This document shows, in pieces, positions 17,726-26,953 of a stretch of DNA of 64,000 nucleotides. Each line of letters starts with the position of its first letter. Position 1 is the first letter of the stretch. The translations under genes were made by a program, and so were the position numbers. Under the pieces are notes generated by a model. The model was given only the letters and a program-made list of their open reading frames with translations, searched no databases and was not told where the DNA came from. The stretch is from an uncultured Actinomycetota bacterium (GTDB lineage Bacteria > Actinomycetota > Actinomycetes > Streptosporangiales > Streptosporangiaceae), in contig CAVSNQ010000008.1 in assembly GCA_963729365.1 (NCBI GenBank), positions 66,632 to 130,631 of the forward strand. The letters are read 5' to 3'.

Positions 17726-17892
17726 GACTCCCCCTGGGACGCTGCGGACGGCATCGCACGCGTCATCGGATGCTGCCAAATCCTAGTAACGAGTCGGAAT
17801 AGCCGCAACGAATCGGCCTCCGTTCACCCCGAAACGTGATCTATACCGCAGCCCAGGCCGCGGTTAGCCTCTTCCTCATGGCGGAGAATGTG

Positions 17893-18399
17893 ATGCTCAT
17901 CGGCGAGAGCTTCGTCGGCGAAGGCGCCGATGCCGCGCACGTTAACACAGTGCTCGGCCGCCGTGACGGGCCGGTCGGGGTGGCCTGGGCCACCGCCCTG
18001 GCCACGCCGCGGCCGGGGAACTCGGCGTTCGTCGCGGTGGTGCGGCCCGGCATCCCGGCCAAGCCGCTGACCCTGTTCGTCAGCCAGGCGTCCGTGGCCG
18101 GCGACGAGCATGCCGCGCTGACCTGGGGAGCGGCGCAGGCGGGCGTCGCCTGCGGGGTCGCCGACGCCGTGGCCGACGGGATCGTGACCGAGGCCGACGC
18201 GGATGAGCTGCTGCTGATCGCCGCGGTCTGGGTGAACCCGGCCGCCTTTGACGCCGCCAAGGTCTACGCGAACAACCGCGCGGCGACCGCCGCGGCGCTG
18301 CGCGCGGGCGTGGCCGGTTCTCCCGGCCTCGCCGAGGTGCTCGCGGCGCGGGACCACCCGGTCAACCCGTACTTCGACCCGGCCGTCCATTCGCCGTGA
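17893..18399 (+). CDS. formaldehyde-activating enzyme (Fae) family protein
   Basis: ORF 17836..18399. From ATG 17893 (preceded by GGAGA): MLIGESFVGEGADAAHVNTVLGRRDGPVG...AVVRPGIPAKPLTLFV...WGAAQAGVACGVADAVADGIVTEADADELLLIAAVWVNPAAFDAAKVY...HPVNPYF. By eye it is collinear over its full length with methylotroph Fae ([25 protein letters not shown]...[22 protein letters not shown]...DDAKI). Confidence 0.75.
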   Translation: MLIGESFVGEGADAAHVNTVLGRRDGPVGVAWATALATPRPGNSAFVAVVRPGIPAKPLTLFVSQASVAGDEHAALTWGAAQAGVACGVADAVADGIVTEADADELLLIAAVWVNPAAFDAAKVYANNRAATAAALRAGVAGSPGLAEVLAARDHPVNPYFDPAVHSP

Positions 18400-19505
18400 A
18401 GATCACCGCGATCCGGCTGGACCGGCTGCGGCTGCCGCTGGACCCGCCGTTCCTGGCCGCCTGGGACCCGGTGCCGCGCCGCCACTTCGACGCGACCCTG
18501 GTCCGGGTGGAGACCGACGAGGGCGTGACCGGGTACGGCTCGGGCGACACCATGGACGGCTTCGAGGCGTTCGAGGACCTGTTCGTCGGCCGTGACCCGC
18601 TGCGGATCGCCGCGCACGTGGCCGTCCTGGAGACGGTCGGCGTCCACGCCGGGCGGTACTGGCCGCTGGAGGCCGCGCTCTGGGACATCGCCGGCCAGGT
18701 GTCCGGGCTGCCGGTGTCCGTCCTGTTCGGCGGGGCGGCCCGGGGCATGCCGGCGTACGCGTCGTTCGGCGAGGTCCGAAGCCCTGAGGAGCGCGCGGAG
18801 GCGGCCATGGCCGCCGTGGCGGCGGGCTTCCGGGCGGTGAAGATCCGCATCAGCCGCGACGACGTCGCGGGCGGGCTCGCCGCGGTGCGGGCCACTCGCC
18901 GTGCGGTCGGGGACGACGTCGGGATCATGGTCGACCTGAACCAGTGGTGGCGGATGCCCGGCGACATCACGGCCGCCCTGGACGCGCCCGCCGTCCGGCG
19001 GCTGGCCGCCGAGCTGGCCGAACTCGGCGTGCTGTGGCTGGAGGAGCCGCTGCCCGCCCGGGACACCGCCGGCATGCGGGCGCTGCGGGACCAGACCGGG
19101 ATCCGGGTCGCCGGAGGCGAGATGGCGCGCACCCCCGGAGAGCTGCTCGACGCGCTGGCGGCCGGCGCGCTCGACGTGATCCAGCCCGACGTCGTGCTCG
19201 CGGTCGGCATGCTCCGGGCCCGCACCGTGGCCGAGCTCGCCATGCTCGGTAACCACTGGTTCACCCCGCACACCTGGACCAACGGGCTCGGCCTGCTGGC
19301 CAACCTGCATGTCGCCGCGGGCGTGGGCGGCGGCCCCTACCTGGAGTTCCCCTACGACCCGCCCGGGTGGACCGAGCAGCGGCGGGACTTCTTCCTCGGC
19401 TCACCGCTGCTCATCGACGCCGGCGGGTTCCTGGCCGTGCCCGACCGGCCCGGCCTGGGCGCGGAGATCGACGAGGCCGCGGTCGCGCGGTGGGCCCGGC
19501 GTTGA
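18396..19505 (+). CDS. enolase-superfamily protein (mandelate racemase / muconate lactonizing enzyme family)
   Basis: ORF 18396..19505. Capping domain: VRVETDEGVTGYGSG. Barrel: FRAVKIRI, metal ligands in MVDLNQ / LEEP / GGEM, then IQPDV and FTPHTW (Asp/His as in the MR subgroup). GTGA overlap with the Fae-like gene. Confidence 0.85.
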   Translation: MKITAIRLDRLRLPLDPPFLAAWDPVPRRHFDATLVRVETDEGVTGYGSGDTMDGFEAFEDLFVGRDPLRIAAHVAVLETVGVHAGRYWPLEAALWDIAGQVSGLPVSVLFGGAARGMPAYASFGEVRSPEERAEAAMAAVAAGFRAVKIRISRDDVAGGLAAVRATRRAVGDDVGIMVDLNQWWRMPGDITAALDAPAVRRLAAELAELGVLWLEEPLPARDTAGMRALRDQTGIRVAGGEMARTPGELLDALAAGALDVIQPDVVLAVGMLRARTVAELAMLGNHWFTPHTWTNGLGLLANLHVAAGVGGGPYLEFPYDPPGWTEQRRDFFLGSPLLIDAGGFLAVPDRPGLGAEIDEAAVARWARR

Positions 19506-19539
19506 GTGCCGTCGTGGTGGTGGCACGAGGGGAGCGGCG

Positions 19540-20769
19540 ATGAAGGTTGGTTTCGTGGGCATCGACGCACCCCCGGGGGTGATCGTGCCCTCCGCCATCG
19601 CCGGGACCGAGATCGCGATCACTCCCACGCCGAGCGCGTACTTCGGCAGCGGCGCGGTGGCCAGGCTGCCCGGGATCCTCAGCGGCGCCGGCAGCGAAGC
19701 CGCGGTCGTGGTCACCGACGCCGCGCTCGCCGCCACGCCGCTGGTCACCAACGTCACCGGCGTACTGGAGGAGGCCGGGATGCCGGTGACGGTCTTCAGC
19801 GGGGTGCATCCCAACCCGACCACCGGCGACCTGGCGGCCGGAGCGGACGCGGTCGCCGCGGCCCGCGGGTCTCGCTCCCGGGTTGCGCTGGTGGCGGTGG
19901 GCGGCGGGTCGCCGATCGACGCGGCCAAGGGGATCGCGCTCGCCGCCGTGAACCCACAGCGGGGGCGCGACCTGGACTACCGCGGCGAGTTCTCGGCCCG
20001 CGCGCTGCCGCTCGTCGCGGTCCCGACGACCGCCGGCACCGGGGCGGAGACGAACGCGTTCGGGGTCGTGACCGACCCGCAGACCGGCCGGAAGTTCTAC
20101 GTGGGCCACGCCAGCACGCTGGCCGCCGCCGCGATCCTCGACCCCGAGCTCACGGTCGGGCTGCCGCCCCCGGCGACGGCGGCGACCGGCATGGACGCGC
20201 TGACCCATGCCCTGGAGTCCTACCTGTCGGTCCGCGCCAACCCGTGGTCGGACGGCATTGCGCTGCAGGTCATCCGCATGATCGCGGTCCATCTGCCGCG
20301 GGCCCACGCCGACGGCCTGGACCTGGAGGCGCGATCGCAGATGCTGCTGGCCGCGCACATGGCGGGCATCGGGATGGCCACCACCGGCCTCGGCCTCGGC
20401 CACGCGATCGGCCACGCGATCGGCGGCCGGTTCGACATCGCGCACGGCGTCGCGCTGACCATGGTGCTGCCGGAGACGCTCCGCTTCAACGCCCAGGTCC
20501 GCGGGGAGCGCCTGGCCGACGTGGCGTTCGCGCTGGGCGCCGGCGACGCGGCCCGGGCCAGCGGATGGAACGCCGAAGCCGCGATCGACGCGATCGCCGG
20601 CCTGGCTGACCGGGTCGGGATGACCCAGCGCCCGGCCGATCTGGGCATCACCGCCGCGGACTTCGACCAGATTGCCGCGGACGCGCTCGACGACGAGGTG
20701 CTGGCCAATACGCCGCGCCGGCCGACCGCCGCCGACATCCGCTCGATCCTGCTCGCCGCCCGCCGGTAA
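19540..20769 (+). CDS. iron-containing (type III) alcohol dehydrogenase
   Basis: Inner part of ORF 19309..20769, from ATG 19540: YFGSGAVARLPGIL, VAVGGGSPIDAAKGIA, VAVPTTAGTGAETN, DALTHALESY, LGHAIGHAIGGRFDIAHG (His-rich metal site). Confidence 0.85.
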   Translation: MKVGFVGIDAPPGVIVPSAIAGTEIAITPTPSAYFGSGAVARLPGILSGAGSEAAVVVTDAALAATPLVTNVTGVLEEAGMPVTVFSGVHPNPTTGDLAAGADAVAAARGSRSRVALVAVGGGSPIDAAKGIALAAVNPQRGRDLDYRGEFSARALPLVAVPTTAGTGAETNAFGVVTDPQTGRKFYVGHASTLAAAAILDPELTVGLPPPATAATGMDALTHALESYLSVRANPWSDGIALQVIRMIAVHLPRAHADGLDLEARSQMLLAAHMAGIGMATTGLGLGHAIGHAIGGRFDIAHGVALTMVLPETLRFNAQVRGERLADVAFALGAGDAARASGWNAEAAIDAIAGLADRVGMTQRPADLGITAADFDQIAADALDDEVLANTPRRPTAADIRSILLAARR

Positions 20770-20892
20770 CCCCGGCGCCCGGCCGCCGGCCGTAGCCCCG
20801 CACGCCCCTCTCCCCGGGCGTGGCGGCCGCGGGTGGATGATGAACCGGTAGCCGCGGCAGATTTCGACCACCGACTCGACGAGGAGGCGGCT

Positions 20893-22584
20893 ATGACCGC
20901 TGCGCACGTGCCGGGGCAGCAGACCGCCGGGCCCCGCCCGGTCCGCGCGCCCCGCGGGACCACCCTGACCTGCAAGGGGTGGCCGCAGGAGGCGGCGATG
21001 CGGATGCTGATGAACAACCTCGATCCCGAGGTGGCCGAGCATCCGGACGAGCTCATCGTGTACGGCGGGTCGGGCCGGGCGGCCCGCAGCTGGGATGCCT
21101 TCGACGGGATCGTCCGCCGTCTGCGGGACCTGGAAGCGGACGAGACCCTGCTGGTCCAGTCGGGCAAGCCGGTCGGCGTCTTCCGCACCCATGAGTGGGC
21201 GCCGCGGGTGCTGATCGCCAACTCGAACCTGGTGCCCCAGTGGGCCACCTGGGAGGAGTTCCGCAGGCTTGAGGCCGCCGGGCTGACCATGTTCGGCCAG
21301 ATGACCGCGGGCTCCTGGATCTACATCGGCACCCAGGGCATCCTGCAGGGCACCTACGAGACGTTCGCCGCGGTGGCGGTCAAGCGGTTCGGCGGGTCGC
21401 TGGCCGGCACCATCACGCTCACCGCGGGCCTGGGCGGGATGGGCGGCGCGCAGCCGCTCGCGGTCACGATGAACGGCGGCGTGACGATCTGCATCGACTG
21501 CGACCCGTCCCGCATCGTGCGCCGGATCGAGCACGGCTACCTGGACGTGGCCGCGGACGGCGTGGACGACGCGGTGCGCCGCGCCATCGCCGCGCGGGAC
21601 GCGGCCGAGCCGCTGTCGATCGGGCTGCTCGGCAATGCGGCCGAGCTCGTGCCGCAGCTGCTCAAGATGGGCGCCCCGATCGACGTCGTCACCGACCAGA
21701 CGTCGGCGCACGATCCGCTGACCTACCTGCCGCGAGGGGTCAGGTTCGAGGACATGGGAGCGCTGCGGGCCGAGGACCCGGCCGGGTTCACCACCCGGGC
21801 CCGGGAGTCGATGGCGGCCCACGTGGCGGCGATGGTCGGCTTCCAGGACGCGGGCGCCGAGGTGTTCGACTACGGCAACTCGATCCGCGGCGAGGCGGAG
21901 CTGGCCGGCTACGAGCGGGCCTTCGAGTTCCCCGGCTTCGTGCCCGCCTACATCAGGCCGCAGTTCTGCGAGGGCCGGGGCCCGTTCCGGTGGGCGGCGC
22001 TGTCCGGCGACCCTCAGGACATCGCGGCCACGGATGCGGCGATCCTGGACCTGTTCCCCGGCCACGAGGCGCTGGCCAGGTGGATCAGGATGGCGGGCCA
22101 GAAGGTGCACTTCCAGGGCCTGCCGGCCCGGATCTGCTGGCTCGGCTATGGGGAGCGGCACCTGGCCGGGCTGCGCTTCAACGAGCTGGTCCAGCGCGGC
22201 GAGGTGCAGGCGCCGATCGTGATCGGCCGTGATCACCTGGACTGCGGCTCGGTCGCCTCGCCGTACCGCGAGACCGAGGCGATGGCCGACGGCTCCGACG
22301 CGATCGCCGACTGGCCGCTGCTGAACGCCCTGGTCAACACCTCATCCGGCGCGTCCTGGGTGAGCATTCACCACGGTGGCGGCGTCGGCATCGGCCGCTC
22401 GATCCACGCGGGACAGGTGTGCGTGGCCGACGGCACCCAGCTCGCCGCGCAGAAGCTGGAGCGGGTGCTGACCAACGACCCGGGCATGGGCGTGATCAGG
22501 CACGCCGACGCCGGCTATGACCGGGCCGCCGAGGTGGCCGCCGAGCGCGGCGTCCGGCTGCCGATGGCCAGCGGCGGACAGTGA
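20893..22584 (+). CDS. hutU: urocanate hydratase
   Basis: ORF 20833..22584, ATG 20893 after GAGGAGG: [63 protein letters not shown]. Roughly 560 aa, as for urocanase. Confidence 0.95.
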   Translation: MTAAHVPGQQTAGPRPVRAPRGTTLTCKGWPQEAAMRMLMNNLDPEVAEHPDELIVYGGSGRAARSWDAFDGIVRRLRDLEADETLLVQSGKPVGVFRTHEWAPRVLIANSNLVPQWATWEEFRRLEAAGLTMFGQMTAGSWIYIGTQGILQGTYETFAAVAVKRFGGSLAGTITLTAGLGGMGGAQPLAVTMNGGVTICIDCDPSRIVRRIEHGYLDVAADGVDDAVRRAIAARDAAEPLSIGLLGNAAELVPQLLKMGAPIDVVTDQTSAHDPLTYLPRGVRFEDMGALRAEDPAGFTTRARESMAAHVAAMVGFQDAGAEVFDYGNSIRGEAELAGYERAFEFPGFVPAYIRPQFCEGRGPFRWAALSGDPQDIAATDAAILDLFPGHEALARWIRMAGQKVHFQGLPARICWLGYGERHLAGLRFNELVQRGEVQAPIVIGRDHLDCGSVASPYRETEAMADGSDAIADWPLLNALVNTSSGASWVSIHHGGGVGIGRSIHAGQVCVADGTQLAAQKLERVLTNDPGMGVIRHADAGYDRAAEVAAERGVRLPMASGGQ

Positions 22585-23816
22585 GGCCGGAAGCGGCGGT
22601 GGGCTTCGCCGAGCTGTGGGATTCGCTGCTGCCCGTCGGCCGGGACGCGGCCACCGGCGGCTACCGGCGCTACTCGTTCACCGCAGCGGACGCGGCCTGC
22701 CGCGAATGGTTCATCAAGGCCGCGGCGCGGCGGGACATGCGCGCCGAGTGCGACCGCAACGGCAACCTCTGGGCCTGGTGGGAGGCGCCGGGCGCGGCCC
22801 GGACGGCCGTCGTCGCCGGGAGCCACCTCGACTCGGTGCCGGACGGCGGCGCCTATGACGGCCCGCTCGGCATCGTGTCCGCGTTCGCGGCGATCGACCT
22901 GCTCCGGGCCGCAGGGTTCGTTCCGGCGCGGGCCGTCGGGGTCGCCGCGTTCGGCGAGGAGGAGGGCGGCCGGTTCGGCCTGGCCTGCCTGGGCAGCCGG
23001 CTGCTGACCGGCGCGACGGCGCCGCAGGCCGCGCGGCGGCTGCGGGACGGCGCCGGGATGACCCTGGCCGAGGCCATGACCGGGGCCGGGCTGGACCCGG
23101 CCCGGCTCGGCCGTGACGATGAGCTGCTCGACAGGATCGGCGCGTTCGTCGAGCTGCACATCGAGCAGGGCAGCGCGCTGAACGGGCTCGGCGCGGCGAT
23201 CGGGATCGCGGAGGGCATCTGGCCGCACGGCCGGTGGCGGATGGATTTCGCCGGCCGGGCGGATCACGCGGGCACCACCCGGCTGGCCGACCGCCGTGAT
23301 CCGATGCTGCCGTACGCGGCCACCGTGCTCGCCGCCCGGCAGGCGGCGGCCGACCATGCCGCGCTGGCCACGTTCGGGAAGGTCACCGCCGAGCCGGGGG
23401 GCGCGAACGCGATCTGCTCGGCGGTGCGCGCGTGGCTGGACGCGCGGGCCCCGGACGAGGGGACGCTGCACCGCGTGGTCGGCGACGTCGAGGCCGCCGC
23501 GCGCCTGGCCGCGGACGGTCACGGGGTCGAGGTCGAGGTGCGCCAGGAGTCGTTCTCGCCGCCGGTGGAGTTCGATCCCCGCTTGCGGGCGCGGCTGGCC
23601 GGGGCGCTGGCCGGCCGCGGGATCACGGCGCCGGTCCTGCCGACCGGCGCCGGCCATGATGCCGGGATCCTGGCCGCGCGGGTGCCCGCGGCGATGCTCT
23701 TCGTGCGCAACCCGTCCGGCGTGTCCCACTCGCCCGCTGAGCACGCCGACCCGGCCGACTGCGAGGCCGGAGTCGCGGCGCTGGCCGCGGTGATCGGGGA
23801 GCTGGCCGGGCGATGA
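22581..23816 (+). CDS. M20-family Zn amidohydrolase (allantoate amidohydrolase / N-carbamoyl-L-amino-acid hydrolase type), hut-associated
   Basis: ORF 22581..23816: [48 protein letters not shown] overlap with hutU and ATGA overlap with hutF. Confidence 0.85.
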   Translation: MRPEAAVGFAELWDSLLPVGRDAATGGYRRYSFTAADAACREWFIKAAARRDMRAECDRNGNLWAWWEAPGAARTAVVAGSHLDSVPDGGAYDGPLGIVSAFAAIDLLRAAGFVPARAVGVAAFGEEEGGRFGLACLGSRLLTGATAPQAARRLRDGAGMTLAEAMTGAGLDPARLGRDDELLDRIGAFVELHIEQGSALNGLGAAIGIAEGIWPHGRWRMDFAGRADHAGTTRLADRRDPMLPYAATVLAARQAAADHAALATFGKVTAEPGGANAICSAVRAWLDARAPDEGTLHRVVGDVEAAARLAADGHGVEVEVRQESFSPPVEFDPRLRARLAGALAGRGITAPVLPTGAGHDAGILAARVPAAMLFVRNPSGVSHSPAEHADPADCEAGVAALAAVIGELAGR

Positions 23817-25213
23817 CGACTCCGGTGCGTGCCTGGCACGCCGAGCTCGCCTGGCTACCCGGCCGCGGCGTCTGTCCCGACGTCCTGATCGAGGCGGCCG
23901 GGGACCGGTTCACCGCCGTCACGCCCGGGGTGCCGGCCAGCGAGATCCGGGATGACCTGCGGGCCGGCCTGGACTGGCTGCCCGGCCTGACCCTGCCCGG
24001 CCTGGCCAATGCGCACTCGCACGCGTTCCACCGCGCGCTGCGGGGTGCCACCCAGGTGGGCCTGGGCACGTTCTGGACCTGGCGGGAGCGGATGTACCAG
24101 GTGGCCGCCGGGCTCGACCCGGACAGCTACCTGGCCCTGGCCCGCGCCGTCTACGCCGAGATGGCGCTGGCCGGCATCACCTGCGTTGGCGAGTTCCACT
24201 ACCTGCACCACGGCCCGCACGGCACCCCGTACGCGGATCCGAACGAGATGAGCAAGGTGCTGATCGCCGCCGCGGCGCAGGCCGGGATCCGGATCACGCT
24301 GCTTGACACGTGCTACCTGACCGGCGGGCTGGGCCCGGATGGCGTGCCCGAGCCGCTGGCCGGCAGCCAGCTGCGGTTCGGCGACCCCGATGGCGAGGCG
24401 TGGGCGGCCCGGGCCGACCAGCTGGGCGCCGACGAGCACGGACTGCTCGGGCCGCTCGCGCGAGTGGGAGCGGCGATCCATTCGGTGCGCGCCGTGCCCG
24501 TCGGCCAGATGCACCCGGTGATCGCGTGGGCGCAGCGGTACGGCGCGCCGCTCCATGCGCATCTGTCCGAGCAGCGGGCGGAGAACGAGGCGTGCCTGGC
24601 CGCCTACCGGCGGACGCCAGCCGAGGTGCTCTATGACGTCGGCGTGCTCGGGCCCCGCGCCACGGTCGTGCACGCCACGCACCTGGTCGGCCGGGATCTC
24701 GAACTGCTCGGCGGCAGCCGGACCCACGCCTGCCTGTGCCCGACGACCGAGGCCGACCTGGCCGACGGGATCGGCCCGGCGCGCGCGCTGGCCGCCGCCG
24801 GCTGCCCGCTGACGCTGGGCAGCGACAGCCAGGCGGTGATCGACCTGTTCGAGGAGGCGCGCCGGGTCGAACTCGGGGAGCGCCTGGCCAGCGGGCAGCG
24901 CGGGCACTTCCGGGCCGGCGAGCTGGCCCGGGCGGCCACCACGGACGGGCACGCCAGCCTGGGCTGGCCCGACGCCGGGGAGATCGCCGCGGGCGCGATC
25001 GCCGATCTGATCACGGTCGGGCTTGACTCGACCCGGCTGGCCGGGGCGACACGGACCACGGCGCTGGCGTCGGTCGTCTTCGCCGGGTCCGCCGCCGACG
25101 TGCGGCAGGTGGTCGTGGGCGGCGAGGACCTGGTGCGGGACGGGCGGCACCTGCGGATCGATGACGTCCCCGCGGCGCTGGCGGCCGCGATCCGCCCGCT
25201 CCTCGGGGACTAG
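23813..25213 (+). CDS. hutF: formimidoylglutamate deiminase
   Basis: ORF 23813..25213: LPGLANAHSHAFHRALRG (HxH of the amidohydrolase superfamily), HAHLSEQ, VHATHL, LGSDS. Sits in a hutU-linked context. Confidence 0.85.
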   Translation: MTTPVRAWHAELAWLPGRGVCPDVLIEAAGDRFTAVTPGVPASEIRDDLRAGLDWLPGLTLPGLANAHSHAFHRALRGATQVGLGTFWTWRERMYQVAAGLDPDSYLALARAVYAEMALAGITCVGEFHYLHHGPHGTPYADPNEMSKVLIAAAAQAGIRITLLDTCYLTGGLGPDGVPEPLAGSQLRFGDPDGEAWAARADQLGADEHGLLGPLARVGAAIHSVRAVPVGQMHPVIAWAQRYGAPLHAHLSEQRAENEACLAAYRRTPAEVLYDVGVLGPRATVVHATHLVGRDLELLGGSRTHACLCPTTEADLADGIGPARALAAAGCPLTLGSDSQAVIDLFEEARRVELGERLASGQRGHFRAGELARAATTDGHASLGWPDAGEIAAGAIADLITVGLDSTRLAGATRTTALASVVFAGSAADVRQVVVGGEDLVRDGRHLRIDDVPAALAAAIRPLLGD

Positions 25214-25217
25214 CCGG

Positions 25218-26909
25218 TCACGGCGAGCCGACGTCCGGGTTGGCGCCAGGCACGCCGGTGCAGATGTTCGCGGCGGCGTTGCGCGTCTCAATGCTCGCCG
25301 CCTGCCCGGGAACGGTGGGCTGCTCACCATCGGGCCGCTGGCCGGCGGCCGGGGCCGCGCTGGCCCGGTGGTGCGGGCCGCCCGGCGGCGGCGGAACCAC
25401 CCCGGTGAAATCCGCGCCGAGGATCAGCGTGACCGGCCCGGGCCCGCCGTTCTGCACGGCCGGAGCCTGCTGCAGCCCACCCATCAGGGCGTAGGCCGCG
25501 CCCGCCTGGGCCGGGCCCGGATAGCTGACCGTGGTGGTGGCGGTGTCCGGGGCGTTGCCGATGCCGGACACGTGGTAGCCAAGCAATTTCAGGCGGGCCG
25601 CGGTCTGCGCGGCGAGGCCGGTGCGGCCGGTGCCGTTGAGCACGCTCACGTCGACGCGGCTGGACGGGGGGGCAGGCAGCCCGCCGTGCCATAGCGTGCC
25701 GGCCTGCAGCATCTGCCAGATCATGTCGTCTTCCGGCTCTTCCGGAAGCAGCCGGTCGGTGTTGGCGGGGTCCACGATCGTGGGCATCGTGATGAACGTC
25801 ACGTCCTTCGTGTGCAGGTTGCGGAGGGTCGCGGCCAGCGAGAGCAGCTTGGAGATCGACCCCAGGCCGGGGTCCACGGTGACCGACTGGGTGGCCGTGT
25901 TAGCGATGTCATACAGCTTGACCGGGTTGTCCAGCGTGCCCTGGCTCTCGATCTTCTGTATCAGCGAGGAGAAGAATTCCTGCTGCAGCTCGATCCGGCC
26001 GAGGTCGCTGCCGTCGCCGACGCCATGCCGGGTGCGGACGAACGCCAGGGCCTGGTCGCCGGTGATCAGGTGCCTGCCCGCGCTCAGGTGCAGGTTGCTG
26101 TAGGGATCATTGACCGCCTGCGGCACGCAGACCTCGACGCCGCCGAGCGTGTCCACCATCGTGCGGAACGAGTTGAAGTCGAACTCGACGAAGTGATCCA
26201 TCGGGATCTGGGTCAGGTGCTCCACGGTGGCTACCGCGCAGGTCGGGCCGCCCACGTTCATCGCGCCGTCGATGATCGCCTGCTGCTGCGCGGGCACGAT
26301 GCCCGGGCCGGCCGCGGACTTGCAGGCGGGCTCGTAGACGATCGTGTCCCGCGGGATCGACACGATGGTTGCGTGCGTGTGCGTCGCGTCCAGGTGGACG
26401 AGGAGCAGGTTGTCCGACAGGTTCGTGCCGGGGTCGTAGCCGAACCCGGGCCCCTGCCCGTCGCGGGTCTGCGAGCCGAGGATGAGGATGTTCTGCACGC
26501 CGGCCGAGGAACGGTGAGTCAGCCCCCCGACGTTCGCCACGCTCAGATTGCGGTTCAGCTTCAGGTAGATCCCGTAACCGACCAGGCCGACCAGCACGGC
26601 CAGCGCGGTCAGCACTGTTGCGCCGGTATAGCCGAGCTTCGCTGCCGTGCTCAGCCCGTGCCAGCGGGCCCGCCACGACCGGCCGGACCGTCGGCCGGGC
26701 GGTGCCGGCCGACGGGGTGGCCGCCGCCGGTGCGGCTGGCGGGACGGTGACCAGCCGTCCGGGGGCGGGCCGGACGGTGACCGGCGAGGCGCAGGTACCT
26801 GGCGGGACGGTGACCGGGGGGACGGCACCCGGCGGTGCGAGGCCGGCTCACGGAGAGGCGGCGGCCGGCGCCCGGGTACCGCCGCGCGATCCTGCCCGCC
26901 GTCGTCCAT
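25218..26909 (-). CDS. LytR-CpsA-Psr (LCP) family cell-envelope phosphotransferase with LytR_C domain
   Basis: ORF 25218..26909(-). Pro/Arg-rich cytoplasmic tail and a TM helix, then NILILGSQTRD...SDNLLLVHLD...SIPRDT...AFVRTRH...DLGRIELQQEF. C-terminal VSVLNGTGRTGLA (LytR_C). Confidence 0.85.
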   Translation of the reverse strand: MDDGGQDRAAVPGRRPPPLREPASHRRVPSPRSPSRQVPAPRRSPSGPPPDGWSPSRQPHRRRPPRRPAPPGRRSGRSWRARWHGLSTAAKLGYTGATVLTALAVLVGLVGYGIYLKLNRNLSVANVGGLTHRSSAGVQNILILGSQTRDGQGPGFGYDPGTNLSDNLLLVHLDATHTHATIVSIPRDTIVYEPACKSAAGPGIVPAQQQAIIDGAMNVGGPTCAVATVEHLTQIPMDHFVEFDFNSFRTMVDTLGGVEVCVPQAVNDPYSNLHLSAGRHLITGDQALAFVRTRHGVGDGSDLGRIELQQEFFSSLIQKIESQGTLDNPVKLYDIANTATQSVTVDPGLGSISKLLSLAATLRNLHTKDVTFITMPTIVDPANTDRLLPEEPEDDMIWQMLQAGTLWHGGLPAPPSSRVDVSVLNGTGRTGLAAQTAARLKLLGYHVSGIGNAPDTATTTVSYPGPAQAGAAYALMGGLQQAPAVQNGGPGPVTLILGADFTGVVPPPPGGPHHRASAAPAAGQRPDGEQPTVPGQAASIETRNAAANICTGVPGANPDVGSP

Positions 26910-26953
26910 GGTCCCCCCCGGGTCTTAGTTTCCTAATTGCGCAATAATGCAAG

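Noticed and set aside
15882-17759. A 625-aa ORF that looks like one giant permease fusion.
   Set aside because: Only its last 297 codons (from ATG 16775) read as a DppC-type permease. The upstream part is an out-of-frame overprint of the DppB-type gene (16772..17725), which has its own convincing frame and an ATGA junction.
26740-26830. The repetitive GGGACGGTGACC-containing DNA in the LCP gene 5' region as a separate element.
   Set aside because: It is degenerate and in frame, and simply encodes the Pro/Arg/Ser-rich cytoplasmic tail (SPSRQ-like motifs) common in actinobacterial LCP proteins.
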